Shown: positions 10,717-20,972 of the stretch, piece by piece
Position numbering within the stretch: the stretch's first letter is position 1
Layout: each line of letters begins with the position of its first letter
Assembly (NCBI GenBank): GCA_965262115.1
Contig: OZ253496.1
Coordinates: forward strand, 608,001-672,000
From: Nitrospinales bacterium
Lineage (GTDB): Bacteria; Nitrospinota; Nitrospinia; Nitrospinales; VA-1
Direction of reading: 5' to 3'
Length of the DNA stretch: 64,000 bases
Translations under genes and position numbers: made by a program
The notes under the pieces: generated by a model
What the model was told of the DNA's origin: nothing
Seen by the model: only the letters and a program-made list of their open reading frames with translations
Database searches by the model: none

Positions 10717-12018
10717 CTAAAACCCGGGTTTCCCCAAAAGCTTGAACATATTTTTCTTATAAAACTCAACACCCGGCTGATCAAAAGGATTCACTCCATT
10801 CAGATAGCCGGTCATTGCCACCGCCCTTTCAAAAAAATAAAAAACCTGGCCCAAAGAGTATGGCGAACGATCTTTAATTTTAAGGGTCATGTTGGGAACG
10901 CCTCCCTCCTTATGAGCACTTGCCGTTCCTAGCCATGCTTTCTCATTAACCGTATCGAGCGTTTCACCAGCGAGGTAGTTTAAACCGTCCGCATCATTTT
11001 TAAAAGTGGGTATTTTCAGCTGCCGCCGGGAGGACTCGAGAATTAAAAAAGTCTCAAAAATATTGCGATTGCCCTCTTGAATCCATTGACCCATGGAATG
11101 AAGGTCGGAGGTAAACTCCACCGACGAGGGGAAAATCCCTTTCAGATCCTTGCCCTCGCTTTCACCAGCCAATTGTTTCCACCAATCCGCAAGATAATGA
11201 AAAGCGGGTTGGAAAGTTGCAAGAATTTCAGTGGTTTTTCCCTTCTGGTAGAGCAACTGACGCATCACAGCATAATAGTAAGCATCGTTTTGATCCAGAG
11301 AGGGCTTGGAATATAATTTTTCACCCTGACGGGCTCCCTCCATCAATTCCTTAATATTGATCCCCGCCACCGCCATAGGAAAAAGTCCCACGGGTGTTAA
11401 TACAGAATACCGGCCTCCCACATCATCCGGAATCACAAAAGTCTTATACCCTAATTCATCGGCAAGACTTTTAAGAGCTCCCCGGCTGGAATCGGTGGTG
11501 ACGACTATCCGATCCCGGGCTCCGTCAGCCCCATATTTATTTTCCATCATCTGCTTTAGCAGGCGGAAGGCAACAGCCGGTTCGGTGGTGGTGCCCGACT
11601 TGGAGATCACGTTGAGACAAACATCCTGGCTCTCTATCAGGTCGAAAAGGTCGGCATGGTAATCGGAACTGATATTCTGTCCGGCAAAATATATTTCCGG
11701 CCTGCCCTGTTTGCCAACCTGATTGGAAAAAGAAGAGTTCAGGTAGGAAATCCCGGCCCGGGCTCCCAGATAAGACCCACCGATACCCACAACGATAAAA
11801 ACATCACATGAATTGCGGATGGCGTCTGCTGCGGATTCAATCTCTGCCAAACTAGAAAAACTGGAAGGCAAGCGCAACCAGCCTAGATAGTCTGCCCCCT
11901 TACCATACCCTGCCTCCAATCCGTCATGGCACAGGTTAACTTGCGGCTGGAGGCCATTGACCTCCAGGTCGGAAACCAAGGACCTAAGGTTTTCACAATC
12001 AAGAGAAAGGTTTGACAT
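10717..12018 (-). CDS. pgi: glucose-6-phosphate isomerase
   Basis: GIGGSYLGA, SKSGTTTEP, DDVGGRYSVLT, QLAGESEGK, DLHSMGQ, NPFDQPGVEFYK. Confidence 0.96.
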   Translation of the reverse strand: MSNLSLDCENLRSLVSDLEVNGLQPQVNLCHDGLEAGYGKGADYLGWLRLPSSFSSLAEIESAADAIRNSCDVFIVVGIGGSYLGARAGISYLNSSFSNQVGKQGRPEIYFAGQNISSDYHADLFDLIESQDVCLNVISKSGTTTEPAVAFRLLKQMMENKYGADGARDRIVVTTDSSRGALKSLADELGYKTFVIPDDVGGRYSVLTPVGLFPMAVAGINIKELMEGARQGEKLYSKPSLDQNDAYYYAVMRQLLYQKGKTTEILATFQPAFHYLADWWKQLAGESEGKDLKGIFPSSVEFTSDLHSMGQWIQEGNRNIFETFLILESSRRQLKIPTFKNDADGLNYLAGETLDTVNEKAWLGTASAHKEGGVPNMTLKIKDRSPYSLGQVFYFFERAVAMTGYLNGVNPFDQPGVEFYKKNMFKLLGKPGF

Positions 12019-12039
12019 GCTGGATGTATGAAACCCTGT

Positions 12040-12621
12040 TTATCTTTCCAGTTTACTGAACTTGGACCCTTCCAAGGTCAAATTATACATCAGACCTTTC
12101 TGGCCAAATATAAACGCCACAATAGGATCCTCAACATTGATGGTGTCCAGAGAATCCCCCATACCCAGAGAGATCAATGCCACAGATCCATCCACTCCGG
12201 CCTTCCAGCCATCGCTGTTTCTAAACTGCTTTAAAGCACTCTCTGTGGTAAATACCAAAACGATGGATTTTGCCTGGGCACCCAGTTGAAACCCTATCGA
12301 AGCCGCCATAGTACTGTAATAATCGGCAGTTTTACCGCCAATTCGCAAAGCCCCTTCGCCATATTCTCCGCCAATGCCAATTCCTATTTTTATGACCTGC
12401 GGAAAAACAAGTACGCCTTTGGCTTTTTTTATAAAGCTGTCAGCGCCTGGAATTTCCTTATTAAAACGCTCCAGGGTGACATCCACACTCATATCTATTT
12501 CCTTGGCGGTTTCCGAAAAGGCCATGCTGGCGGAACACATTAAAATCAGGCCTACCAAAACCCATTGAGTGAAATTAAGAGCTATTGCCTGTCGCATTTG
12601 CGAAAAATCTTTATGAATCAT
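12040..12621 (-). CDS. YSC84/SYLF lipid-binding domain protein, exported
   Basis: AKGVLVFP, GIGGEYGEG, SIGFQLGAQ, GQKGLMYNLTLEGSKF. Confidence 0.8.
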   Translation of the reverse strand: MIHKDFSQMRQAIALNFTQWVLVGLILMCSASMAFSETAKEIDMSVDVTLERFNKEIPGADSFIKKAKGVLVFPQVIKIGIGIGGEYGEGALRIGGKTADYYSTMAASIGFQLGAQAKSIVLVFTTESALKQFRNSDGWKAGVDGSVALISLGMGDSLDTINVEDPIVAFIFGQKGLMYNLTLEGSKFSKLER

Positions 12622-12877
12622 TTGTAGCTACCTTTCAAATCAGGATTCCTGAAAACGACTTCTGCCCCGCATACCTTGATAATTAAATGGACCGGTCATT
12701 TTGCTTAAAATCAAGGCAAATGGGACCCTAAGAAACATAATTAAAAAAATAATCTACTAATTGAAAAATAAATACTAATCAGATTCACAATTTAAACACC
12801 TGATAGATTAACAGATTCTATTAATATAAATTTTTTGATTAGACACATAAACACTTACCTTTTAATGGGGGTGCCAC

Positions 12878-13068
12878 ATGTTCTACGAAACGAGAATTTA
12901 GATGCTTTCGGAAATGTTAAACAGACCCTCTCTCCCCAGGAGCTGCGCAACCGGCACTGGATGATGTTTCAACGATCAGAAGAAAGTCTGAGTATCTACC
13001 CGAAGAAGAGTTCTTCCAAGCCGGTAAGAAAAAAGAGGAGCGCAGGCTTATTGATCAACCATCATTAA
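12878..13068 (+). pseudogene. small hypothetical gene, probably frameshifted near 12897-12899
   Basis: GGGGG RBS-like site, then ATG 12878 reads MFYETRI and stops; adding one T to the TTT run joins it to LDAFGNVKQTLSPQELRNRHW... Confidence 0.35.
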
Positions 13069-13186
13069 TAAGCCAGACAGTTATAAGCTTATACCAGACT
13101 TTCTGATGGATCAATCCTCAGCGAATAGTCCCAGTGCTCAATGACCTTTTCAAGGATTTTTCGAATTCGCTCCGTATTCAAAGATC

Positions 13187-14140
13187 CTACCTCGTCAATC
13201 CCTTTTCGGCGAGCCAGCGCTCAGCCTCCAAAGATGCAGCACAACCGGTACCTGCAGCGGTGACGGCCTGCCTGTATTTATGGTCATGCACATCACCAGC
13301 GGCAAAGACGCCTTCTATATTGGTTTCCTGGGTTCCCAGTTTCAGGTTGATGTAACCTGCATCGTCCAGATCTAACTGCCCGTTGAAGATGGACGTGTTG
13401 GGCGTGTGACCGATGGCATAAAAAAGACCTGCGACTTCCATCTCTCGCACCTCATGAGTCTTGACATTTTTCAGACGAGCCCCGGTCAAATAATCCTCGC
13501 CGATGGCGTCTTCGAGCACTGTGTCCCAGAGGATTTCCAGTTTGGGATGTTTAAGAGCTCTCTCCTGCATGATCTTGGAAGCTCTGAGTTGGTCGCGCCG
13601 GTGCACCAGATAAACCACCGAACCGAACTTGGCCAGATAGGTGGCTTCTTCTACCGCCGTGTCCCCTCCCCCGATAACCATCAGCGGCTGGCTGCGGAAC
13701 ATGGGAAGTGCACCATCACAAACAGCACAGGCCGACATGCCGTTGTTCCACATTTTTTCTTCATTGGGAACACCCATCCTTTTTGCTGTCGCGCCGGTGG
13801 AAATGATCACCGAATGAGCTTTCACTTCACGGTTCTCGGATTTCAAAACAAAAGGCCGTTTACTGAAATCGGCCGAGATCACATCTTCCTGAACCATTTC
13901 GGTACCGAAACGCTCGGACTGCTTGCGGAACAACTGCATCAGTTCCGGCCCTTCGACTCCTTCGGGAAATCCGGGATAGTTTTCGACATCCGTGGTGGTG
14001 GTCAACTGTCCCCCTGCGGACCCCCCCATGACATAACCTTCAAACATAAAAGGGCTGAGATTAGCCCTGGCGGAATAAATTGCGGCGGTATGCCCGGCAG
14101 GCCCCGAACCGACGATGACAACATTCTTAATATCCGACAT
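13187..14140 (-). CDS. trxB: thioredoxin-disulfide reductase
   Basis: GSGPAG, GGQLTTTTDVENYPGF, CAVCDG, GGGDTAVEEA, AAGDV; RBS AAAGGGAG before ATG 14140. Confidence 0.96.
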   Translation of the reverse strand: MSDIKNVVIVGSGPAGHTAAIYSARANLSPFMFEGYVMGGSAGGQLTTTTDVENYPGFPEGVEGPELMQLFRKQSERFGTEMVQEDVISADFSKRPFVLKSENREVKAHSVIISTGATAKRMGVPNEEKMWNNGMSACAVCDGALPMFRSQPLMVIGGGDTAVEEATYLAKFGSVVYLVHRRDQLRASKIMQERALKHPKLEILWDTVLEDAIGEDYLTGARLKNVKTHEVREMEVAGLFYAIGHTPNTSIFNGQLDLDDAGYINLKLGTQETNIEGVFAAGDVHDHKYRQAVTAAGTGCAASLEAERWLAEKGLTR

Positions 14141-14243
14141 AACTCCCTTTCTACCGGGCCATGCCCGGTGAGAATATAGCAACGACCCGTTGAGCCGCCA
14201 AAACTCTTTGTTCGCCTGAAACAGTTATTTCTTATTGGCCCCA

Positions 14244-14283
14244 TGTTATGATCCCTCATCAGTCTTCATGCCCCGAAGGGGTA
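14244..14283 (-). repeat. 40-nt copy of the mini-element; supplies the stop codon of the FGE-family gene
   Basis: Minus strand TACCCCTTCGGGGCATGAAGACTGATGAGGGATCATAACA; same termini as the copies at 10625 and 49563/50802. Confidence 0.75.
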
Positions 14284-14981
14284 CCCCGAGTGGGCTTGAC
14301 ACAGCGAAATCCAACATCACTGTATCTCAACTCGGGATCTTTTTTGACCCGATCAGAGGTTCTTAAAAAATGGCTGGGAGAGCTCCACGACCCACCCCGC
14401 ACCACTTTGTTTTTTTCGGACCCTTCACTGTACCAGCTCAAAGTCCATTCATTGGCATTGCCCATCATATCGTAGAGACCGTAAGAATTGGCTTCAAACT
14501 TACCAATTTTTTCTGGAGCACCCGTTCCATAAGGTTGGTCATAATGGGCACCACCCAGTCTTTTGCCTTCGGCCGCCGCCTCCCATTGCGCCTCGGTCGG
14601 GAGATTTCCTCCACGCCAGGAACAATAGGTTCTGGCGTCTTCCCAGTTCACAAACAACGCCGGTTGGCGGGGTTTATTAAAGTCTTGTGGGCGGTCCTCA
14701 TGCAATACCGATGGTTCGCAAATTCCGGCAATGAAGCATTCCCGGTAATCGGCATTAGTGACCTCATATTTATCGATCCAGAAACCATCGAGTTTCACCT
14801 TGTGGGGAACCTCATCGCTACACCAGTCGGCGTTACCCTGCTCTTCTTCGCAATAAAGACTCCCTAAATTGTATTCACCGGCCGGAATCAAAGCCTGCAT
14901 AGCCACAGACTCCACTTCAACGGGGGAATGCGCCATGAAAACGATCAGAAACAAAACCCGTTTAAAATGGGGAAAGATCAT
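14259..14981 (-). CDS. formylglycine-generating enzyme (SUMF1/FGE-sulfatase) domain protein
   Basis: [41 protein letters not shown]. Confidence 0.88.
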   Translation of the reverse strand: MIFPHFKRVLFLIVFMAHSPVEVESVAMQALIPAGEYNLGSLYCEEEQGNADWCSDEVPHKVKLDGFWIDKYEVTNADYRECFIAGICEPSVLHEDRPQDFNKPRQPALFVNWEDARTYCSWRGGNLPTEAQWEAAAEGKRLGGAHYDQPYGTGAPEKIGKFEANSYGLYDMMGNANEWTLSWYSEGSEKNKVVRGGSWSSPSHFLRTSDRVKKDPELRYSDVGFRCVKPTRGTPSGHED

Positions 14982-16309
14982 ACTTCTATTTTATCCAAAA
15001 TCGCTTTTCTAACCTGTTCATAGTCTGCATCCAGTTCGATCGGGGAGAAGGCGTGCTCCGACTGAATTCCCTTCAATTGATCCGTGTGGTATTTGAAAAG
15101 AAAGTCGGTGAACTTCAATCCGTTCGCGGTGGAGATCACCACTACCTTATCCTTTTTCTTAATTTCCCCACGCTGAGCCAGTTTCTCAAGAACGGCGAGA
15201 GCCACCCCGGTATGCGGACAACAGAGCAGTCCTGTTTTATTGGCCTTACCCACTGCATAAGCCAACTCACTTTCGGTCGCCTCTTCGACGATACCATCAA
15301 AAGCCTGGAGAGCACGAATGGCTTTTTTATAACTGACCGGATCTCCAATCTGAATGGCACTTGCCAGGGTCGTTTTCGCCTGGACAGACTCAAATGATTC
15401 GAATCCTTTTATATAGCTGCGGTAAAGAGGATCGGCCTGTTGTGCCTGGGCACAAACCAGACGCGGGAGCTTATCAATCAGCCCCAAGTCATGGAACATC
15501 TGGAATCCTTTGCCGATAGCGCTGACATTCCCCAGATTGCCACCGGGGACGATTACAAAATCTGGCACTTCCCAGTTGAACTGCTGAACCAACTCGAAAC
15601 TGATGGTTTTTTGGCCTTCGATTCTCAGGGAATTCATTGAGTTTGCCAAATATATATCGTTTTTCTGGCAAACCTCCTGAACCAGTTTCATGCATCCGTC
15701 AAAATCAGTATCCAAAGACAAAGTGAGCACACCGTGCGTGATGGGTTGAATCAACTGTGTCAACGAGACTTTATTTTTGGGTAAGAAAACAATGGCAGGA
15801 ATTCCGGCTACGGCGCAATAAGCGGCCAGCGCGGCCGAGGTATCTCCGGTTGAGGCACAGGCCACCGCCTTGATATTTTTCCCGGAAGAAATCATTTGCT
15901 TGACCATGGAGACTAGCACGGTCATCCCCAAATCCTTGAAGGATCCCGTATGCGCCATGCCGCACTGTTTGACCCATAGATCATCGAGGCCAATTTGTTG
16001 GCCCAACCGTTCGGCCCAAAACAGGTTAGTGCCCCCTTCATAAGTGGAGACAATATTTTTGTCTTCCACATTCGGGCACACCAGTTCCATTTTGCCCCAT
16101 ACGGAACTGCCATAAGGCCATTCATTGCGCCGATACCGGCTCTCAAGCAGGGTTCTCCACTCTTCAGGAGATCGTTTTTTTAGCTGCTCCATATCGTGTT
16201 GCACTTCCAGAAGTTCATCACACTCCCTGCAACGATAGATGATGTCGGTCAGTTCGTACCGGCTTTGGCAATCCAGGTTGATGCATTGAAACCAGGCTTT
16301 AAATCCCAT
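14978..16309 (-). CDS. thrC: threonine synthase
   Basis: TGSFKDLGM (PLP Lys), [31 protein letters not shown]; downstream of hom. Confidence 0.93.
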   Translation of the reverse strand: MGFKAWFQCINLDCQSRYELTDIIYRCRECDELLEVQHDMEQLKKRSPEEWRTLLESRYRRNEWPYGSSVWGKMELVCPNVEDKNIVSTYEGGTNLFWAERLGQQIGLDDLWVKQCGMAHTGSFKDLGMTVLVSMVKQMISSGKNIKAVACASTGDTSAALAAYCAVAGIPAIVFLPKNKVSLTQLIQPITHGVLTLSLDTDFDGCMKLVQEVCQKNDIYLANSMNSLRIEGQKTISFELVQQFNWEVPDFVIVPGGNLGNVSAIGKGFQMFHDLGLIDKLPRLVCAQAQQADPLYRSYIKGFESFESVQAKTTLASAIQIGDPVSYKKAIRALQAFDGIVEEATESELAYAVGKANKTGLLCCPHTGVALAVLEKLAQRGEIKKKDKVVVISTANGLKFTDFLFKYHTDQLKGIQSEHAFSPIELDADYEQVRKAILDKIEV

Positions 16310-16311
16310 TA

Positions 16312-17619
16312 TTACCTTTCCACACGAATCAAGTTAGACTTTTCACACACCACATCCAGTTCTTCTATTTCCTTTAAAGCAGACTGAATATTTTTCTCAC
16401 TGGCTTTGTGACACATCATCACCAGTGGCACCCCTTCGCCACGGTCTCCCCGTCCCCTCTGGATCATGGACTCAATGCTGATGGAATGTTTGCCCAGTAT
16501 CCCGGATATTTTTGAAAGCACGCCTGGATGATCCAGCACACTAAAGCGCAGAAAATATTTAGACTCGATTTCACTGATATTCTTCAGAGGGATGCTTTTG
16601 ATCTCTCCACTCTGGAAAGACCCAACAGGTAATCTTTCTCCCACACCCGAGAGGATGTTGCGGGCAATTTCGACGACATCGCCCACCACCGCACTGCCAG
16701 TAGGCAGAGCACCTGCCCCATGACCAATCAGTACATTTTCATCCATCATATCATCACAGACGCGAATGGCGTTTAACACTCCGTTGACATTGGCCATCGG
16801 GTGCGTAATTGGAATCATGGCTGGATGGACACGAATATCAATCTTCTCGCCATCGTATTTGGATATGGCAAGCAGTTTGATACGGTAGCCAAATTCCCGT
16901 GCGCATTCGATGTCTTCCGGGGTGATGCCTGAAATACCGGAAACTGTTATATCGTCAAACGATACAGGGGTCCCGTAAGCCAGACGAGTCAATACCGCTA
17001 TCTTGTGGGCAGAATCGATGCCTTCAATATCAAAAGTCGGGTCCGCTTCAGCGAAACCTTTTTCCTGTGCTTCTTTCAAGGCGGTGTTGAAGTCGAAATT
17101 CTCATCCGACATTTTACTGAGAATATAATTTGCGGTGCCATTGACGATGCCTTCAATGGTCTGAATACGGTTGGCAACGAACGCCTCCCGAATCGACCGA
17201 ATTATAGGAATGGCCCCTCCTATAGAAGCTTCGAATCCAATCGACAGGCCTTTTTCAGTAACCGCTGAAAATATTTCGTCTCCATGCTTGGCCAGCAAAG
17301 CTTTGTTAGCCGTCACCACATGTTTTCCTTGACCAATGGCCTGTAGAAGAAATTTTTTGGCAGGTTCGTATCCGCCAATCAATTCGATAACTACCTCAAT
17401 ATCAGGGTGATTGATCACCTCATCAGCAGAAGTCGTCAACACATTGGAGGCCAGTTTGACACCTCGGTCTGTAGTGATATCCAGATCCGCGACTTTAATC
17501 AGCTGCACCCCGGCTCCCAACCTTTTCTTTATAATTTCGCTGTTTTGCGTGAGGATTTTAGCCACGCCGGCACCTATGGTACCAAAACCGATCATGCCCA
17601 CCTTTACCGTTTTCATCAT
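16312..17619 (-). CDS. hom: homoserine dehydrogenase
   Basis: [37 protein letters not shown]-terminal ACT domain. Confidence 0.96.
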   Translation of the reverse strand: MMKTVKVGMIGFGTIGAGVAKILTQNSEIIKKRLGAGVQLIKVADLDITTDRGVKLASNVLTTSADEVINHPDIEVVIELIGGYEPAKKFLLQAIGQGKHVVTANKALLAKHGDEIFSAVTEKGLSIGFEASIGGAIPIIRSIREAFVANRIQTIEGIVNGTANYILSKMSDENFDFNTALKEAQEKGFAEADPTFDIEGIDSAHKIAVLTRLAYGTPVSFDDITVSGISGITPEDIECAREFGYRIKLLAISKYDGEKIDIRVHPAMIPITHPMANVNGVLNAIRVCDDMMDENVLIGHGAGALPTGSAVVGDVVEIARNILSGVGERLPVGSFQSGEIKSIPLKNISEIESKYFLRFSVLDHPGVLSKISGILGKHSISIESMIQRGRGDRGEGVPLVMMCHKASEKNIQSALKEIEELDVVCEKSNLIRVER

Positions 17620-17625
17620 CTTCCC

Positions 17626-18792
17626 TTAAAAAATCTCTTTAATTCCCCGGACCGCCTGCCTGATCCTGTGTTCGTTTTCGACCAGCGAGAAACGCACAAA
17701 ATGGTCCCCGCCCTCTCCAAATCCGATGCCGGGTGCAACCGCCACCTTGGCCTTTTCCAGCAACATCTTGGAAAACTCCAAGGATCCCATTTTCTTGAAG
17801 CGGTCCGGAATCTCCGCCCAGACCATCATCGTTGCTTTCGGCGGTGTCACTTCCCAGCCAATTCGATTCAACGACTCGCACAAGACATCTCGTCGGCTTC
17901 GGTATCTTTCCCGAATTTCTTCTACACAGTCACGCGGACCATTCAGAGCCACCGTGGCCGCGATCTGGATTGGCTGAAACATGCCATAATCCTGATAACT
18001 TTTGATACGCGCCAGGGCATGAATAATTTCAGCATTTCCTACCGCAAAACCAACCCGCCACCCGGGCATATTATAACTTTTTGACAAGCTAAAAAACTCT
18101 ATTCCCACCTCTTTTGCTCCTTTAACTTGCATAAAACTGGGCGCCCGATAACCGTCAAAAACAATGTCCCCATAAGCAAAATCGTGGATCACAATCAGGT
18201 CATGTTCTTTGGCAAAATCCACCACTTTATCAAAAAAATCTATACCCACCACTTGGGTCGTGGGGTTATGCGGGAAATTGATGACCATCACCTTGGGTCT
18301 GAGCCAATTGCTCTTGAAGGCGTCGAGCAGGGCATCAAAGAAATCTATTTCGGCGCTAAGCGGCACATGAATGACATCACCGTTGGCCAAAATGAACGCG
18401 TAAGTATGAATGGGATAAGTCGGCGTTGGCACCAGAACTGAGTCACCAGGAGTGGTGATCGCCAGTGCCAGGTGAGCAATGCCTTCTTTCGAGCCAATCG
18501 TTGCAATGGCCTCGGAATCCGGGTCCAGGTCCACACCATGATTACGCTTGTACCAGTCGGTGATAGCGAGACGTAGCTTGTATATGCCCTTGGATACGGA
18601 ATAGCGGTGATTGCTTTCCTTATTCGCGGCTTCCGTTAATTTATCAACAATATGCTTTGGGGTTGGCATATCAGGATTTCCCAAGCCAAAGTCGATAATA
18701 TCCTCCCCGCGTCGACGGGCATCATACTTGAGCTCGTTGACGATCCCCAAAACATAGGGAGGAAGGCGCTGAATTCTGGAAAATTCTCTCAT
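17626..18792 (-). CDS. alaC: PLP-dependent class I/II aminotransferase (AlaC/YfdZ-like)
   Basis: [49 protein letters not shown]. Confidence 0.8.
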   Translation of the reverse strand: MREFSRIQRLPPYVLGIVNELKYDARRRGEDIIDFGLGNPDMPTPKHIVDKLTEAANKESNHRYSVSKGIYKLRLAITDWYKRNHGVDLDPDSEAIATIGSKEGIAHLALAITTPGDSVLVPTPTYPIHTYAFILANGDVIHVPLSAEIDFFDALLDAFKSNWLRPKVMVINFPHNPTTQVVGIDFFDKVVDFAKEHDLIVIHDFAYGDIVFDGYRAPSFMQVKGAKEVGIEFFSLSKSYNMPGWRVGFAVGNAEIIHALARIKSYQDYGMFQPIQIAATVALNGPRDCVEEIRERYRSRRDVLCESLNRIGWEVTPPKATMMVWAEIPDRFKKMGSLEFSKMLLEKAKVAVAPGIGFGEGGDHFVRFSLVENEHRIRQAVRGIKEIF

Positions 18793-19238
18793 GGCTTCAA
18801 AATGTTATAGGTGGCAGTGGCCGATCACGTCCCGATGATTGATAACCGGGAATAGGAATCTTAAACATTAATGGTGCCCTTAAAATAAGACAGGCCAAAC
18901 CGCAAAAAAAATCCGGGTCAGTCAGGGTTTGTAAGGAGGCAACCTGTTAATTTCCAAGGGAATCCGACCGAATGCCCACGTAACATAACATAATTTGCAA
19001 AACCCGGCAAACCTAAAGCCCTGAGTGGGAAGCCGCTTTTCCCCACCGAGGAATCCATTAATTCTTTTTTCTTGATTCTGGCCTTTTACAGGGAGTAGTA
19101 TTTGCCCTTGAGATGGTCGACAATCATCTTGTTGGTTCCCGCTTGCAGGTTTCTTTCCAGATTGAGCCGGGGATGGTGGACAAAATCCACTCCCGGTGAT
19201 CTTCCGGGCTTAGCCAGATCATCTTCCTCCAATTGCAA

Positions 19239-20045
19239 ATGGAATTTTTTCAAATAATTTTATTGAGCATTATTCAGGGACTCACTGAGTTTCTGCCTAT
19301 TTCCAGTTCCGGACATTTGATATTGGCTCCTCTAATCTTCAATTTTGAAGATCAGGGCCTTGCTCTGGATGCCATTTTGCATTTAGGCACCCTTCTGGCA
19401 ATCATAATCTTCTTCCGCAAAGAACTGATAGATTTAGCCAAGGGATTGTTTGACCGTCAGGGCTCTCCAGAAACTCACCACCTTGCATGGTGCATTATCA
19501 TTGCTTCGTTCCCGGCTGGGCTGATAGGACTGTTTGGCGGAGGATGGATTGAAACCAACCTGAGGAGTCCTACTTTTGTCGGGTACAATCTTTTATTCTG
19601 GTCCCTCATATTCCTGGTGGCAGACCGGTACGGCTCAAAAAGCGCCAACCCCAATACAGAATTAAACCGGTTGAGCCTGAGGCAAATTTTATTTATCGGG
19701 TGCGCCCAGGCCATTGCCCTGTTGCCGGGAACCTCGCGGTCTGGCATCACCATCGCCGCAGGACTCTTCAGCAACCTCTCGCACACTTCAGCAACCCGGT
19801 TTTCTTTTCTCTTGGGAACTCCAATTATTTTTGCAGCAGGCATGCACAAGCTGATGCAGTTTTTTACGCACCCGGTTGCAGAACAAGCCTATTCCAACCT
19901 TCATCTTGCAATAGGAATGGGGATAAGCTTTCTGGTTGGTTTGCTGGCTATTCAGCTTCTTCTCAAGATCGTTGCGAGAGTGGGTCTTTTACCCTTTATC
20001 ATATATAGAGTGATTCTCGCGGGCGGGATTCTTTTCTATTATTGA
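19239..20045 (+). CDS. uppP: undecaprenyl-diphosphatase (BacA)
   Basis: QGLTEFLPISSSGH, PGTSRSG, RFSFLL; multi-TM. Confidence 0.95.
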   Translation: MEFFQIILLSIIQGLTEFLPISSSGHLILAPLIFNFEDQGLALDAILHLGTLLAIIIFFRKELIDLAKGLFDRQGSPETHHLAWCIIIASFPAGLIGLFGGGWIETNLRSPTFVGYNLLFWSLIFLVADRYGSKSANPNTELNRLSLRQILFIGCAQAIALLPGTSRSGITIAAGLFSNLSHTSATRFSFLLGTPIIFAAGMHKLMQFFTHPVAEQAYSNLHLAIGMGISFLVGLLAIQLLLKIVARVGLLPFIIYRVILAGGILFYY

Positions 20046-20060
20046 AAAGGTGATGGCAAT

Positions 20061-20091
20061 AAAAAAGCCGACCTGTAAAACAGGCCGGCTT
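20061..20091 (-). terminator. intrinsic terminator between convergent genes
   Basis: Minus strand AAGCCGGCCTG-TTTTA-CAGGTCGGCTT followed by a T run, just after the stop of 20112..20540. Confidence 0.75.
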
Positions 20092-20111
20092 AGTAATAAA
20101 ACTAGAAAGAA

Positions 20112-20540
20112 TTAACCACAGGTTACAATAAGATCAGTTGTACCGTTATTGGTGATTCTAACTTCGCCATTGATGTCTGAAATGGAATCGCCACGGCTGA
20201 AGTTATTTTGCCTAACTAATGTTACTGATTTTCTCCCCATGCTATGCTTGCTGCCCATTTTCACTTGGGCATTACCTGCAGCTCCACCACCGTTCGTGGG
20301 AAAACTCATATTCGCATTCGGGGCCAAGCTTATAGCACTCGTGATATGAGTTGAAGAAAACCAGACCGAAGCATTTGCTTCACCCCGATCTTCAGCTCCG
20401 CCACCCCCAGCTTCAATTTTGATGGATTTAGCGTCGGTGCATTTAGTCATCGCGCCCACCGACAACATTCCTGCAAATGCAGAACTGGCGAGACAGAAAG
20501 ACGCAATGGTTACAACTAAAACAATAGCGAGTTTTTTCAT
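20112..20540 (-). CDS. exported hypothetical protein
   Basis: Signal peptide MKKLAIVLVVT...SAFA, RBS AAGGGAG, own promoter and terminator. Confidence 0.75.
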   Translation of the reverse strand: MKKLAIVLVVTIASFCLASSAFAGMLSVGAMTKCTDAKSIKIEAGGGGAEDRGEANASVWFSSTHITSAISLAPNANMSFPTNGGGAAGNAQVKMGSKHSMGRKSVTLVRQNNFSRGDSISDINGEVRITNNGTTDLIVTCG

Positions 20541-20763
20541 GATAAATTCTCCCTTACCCTAGTTAACAAACATTCACCTACTAATATTCTAAACGAGGCA
20601 AATTCCAGGGAATTAGCCCCCTCCCATTAGAACTAAAAGTAATTTCTCAAAGAACATTTCAGCACCTTAGCTCCTAGCGACTGGAGTGGTTTTCGGCGCT
20701 TTTCCCAAAACTGACAAGTAGGAAATATCCTACTTCAAGAAGCCCGGTCTCGGATTTAGACAA

Positions 20764-20791
20764 AGTATACTTATGCGCTAAAACATGTCAA
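20764..20791 (-). promoter_or_regulatory. sigma70-type promoter for 20112..20540
   Basis: Minus strand TTGACA, 16 nt spacer, TATACT. Confidence 0.6.
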
Positions 20792-20972
20792 CATTTATTT
20801 CCAGTACGGGATGAAACTACTTTATATACAACAAGTTATATGAATGCTCCTGACCACCCTCAAACAACCCACAACAGAGACTCAGAACATCCGATAATGT
20901 ATTAAGTATTTATCTTACAACTTGTAAGGGATTTAATCTTATATCTGGACACATATTTCCACTATCCGCCCA

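Noticed and set aside
13406..14179. Long antisense ORFs (e.g. 257 aa opposite trxB, 225 aa at 17407, 207 aa at 42275)
   Set aside because: Shadow frames of well-supported genes on the other strand
14244..14283. CTGATGAG in the mini-element suggesting a hammerhead ribozyme
   Set aside because: Not conserved in the other copies, and stem II followed by GAAA is absent
18915..18945. GTCAGGGTTTGTAAGGAGGCAACC resembling SRP RNA helix 8
   Set aside because: Extra base, weak G-U stem, no AGCAG, and no convincing long enclosing helix
19001..19050. GGCAAACC motif suggesting a c-di-GMP-I riboswitch
   Set aside because: No GAAA-capped P2 or downstream GCAAA/P3 elements found
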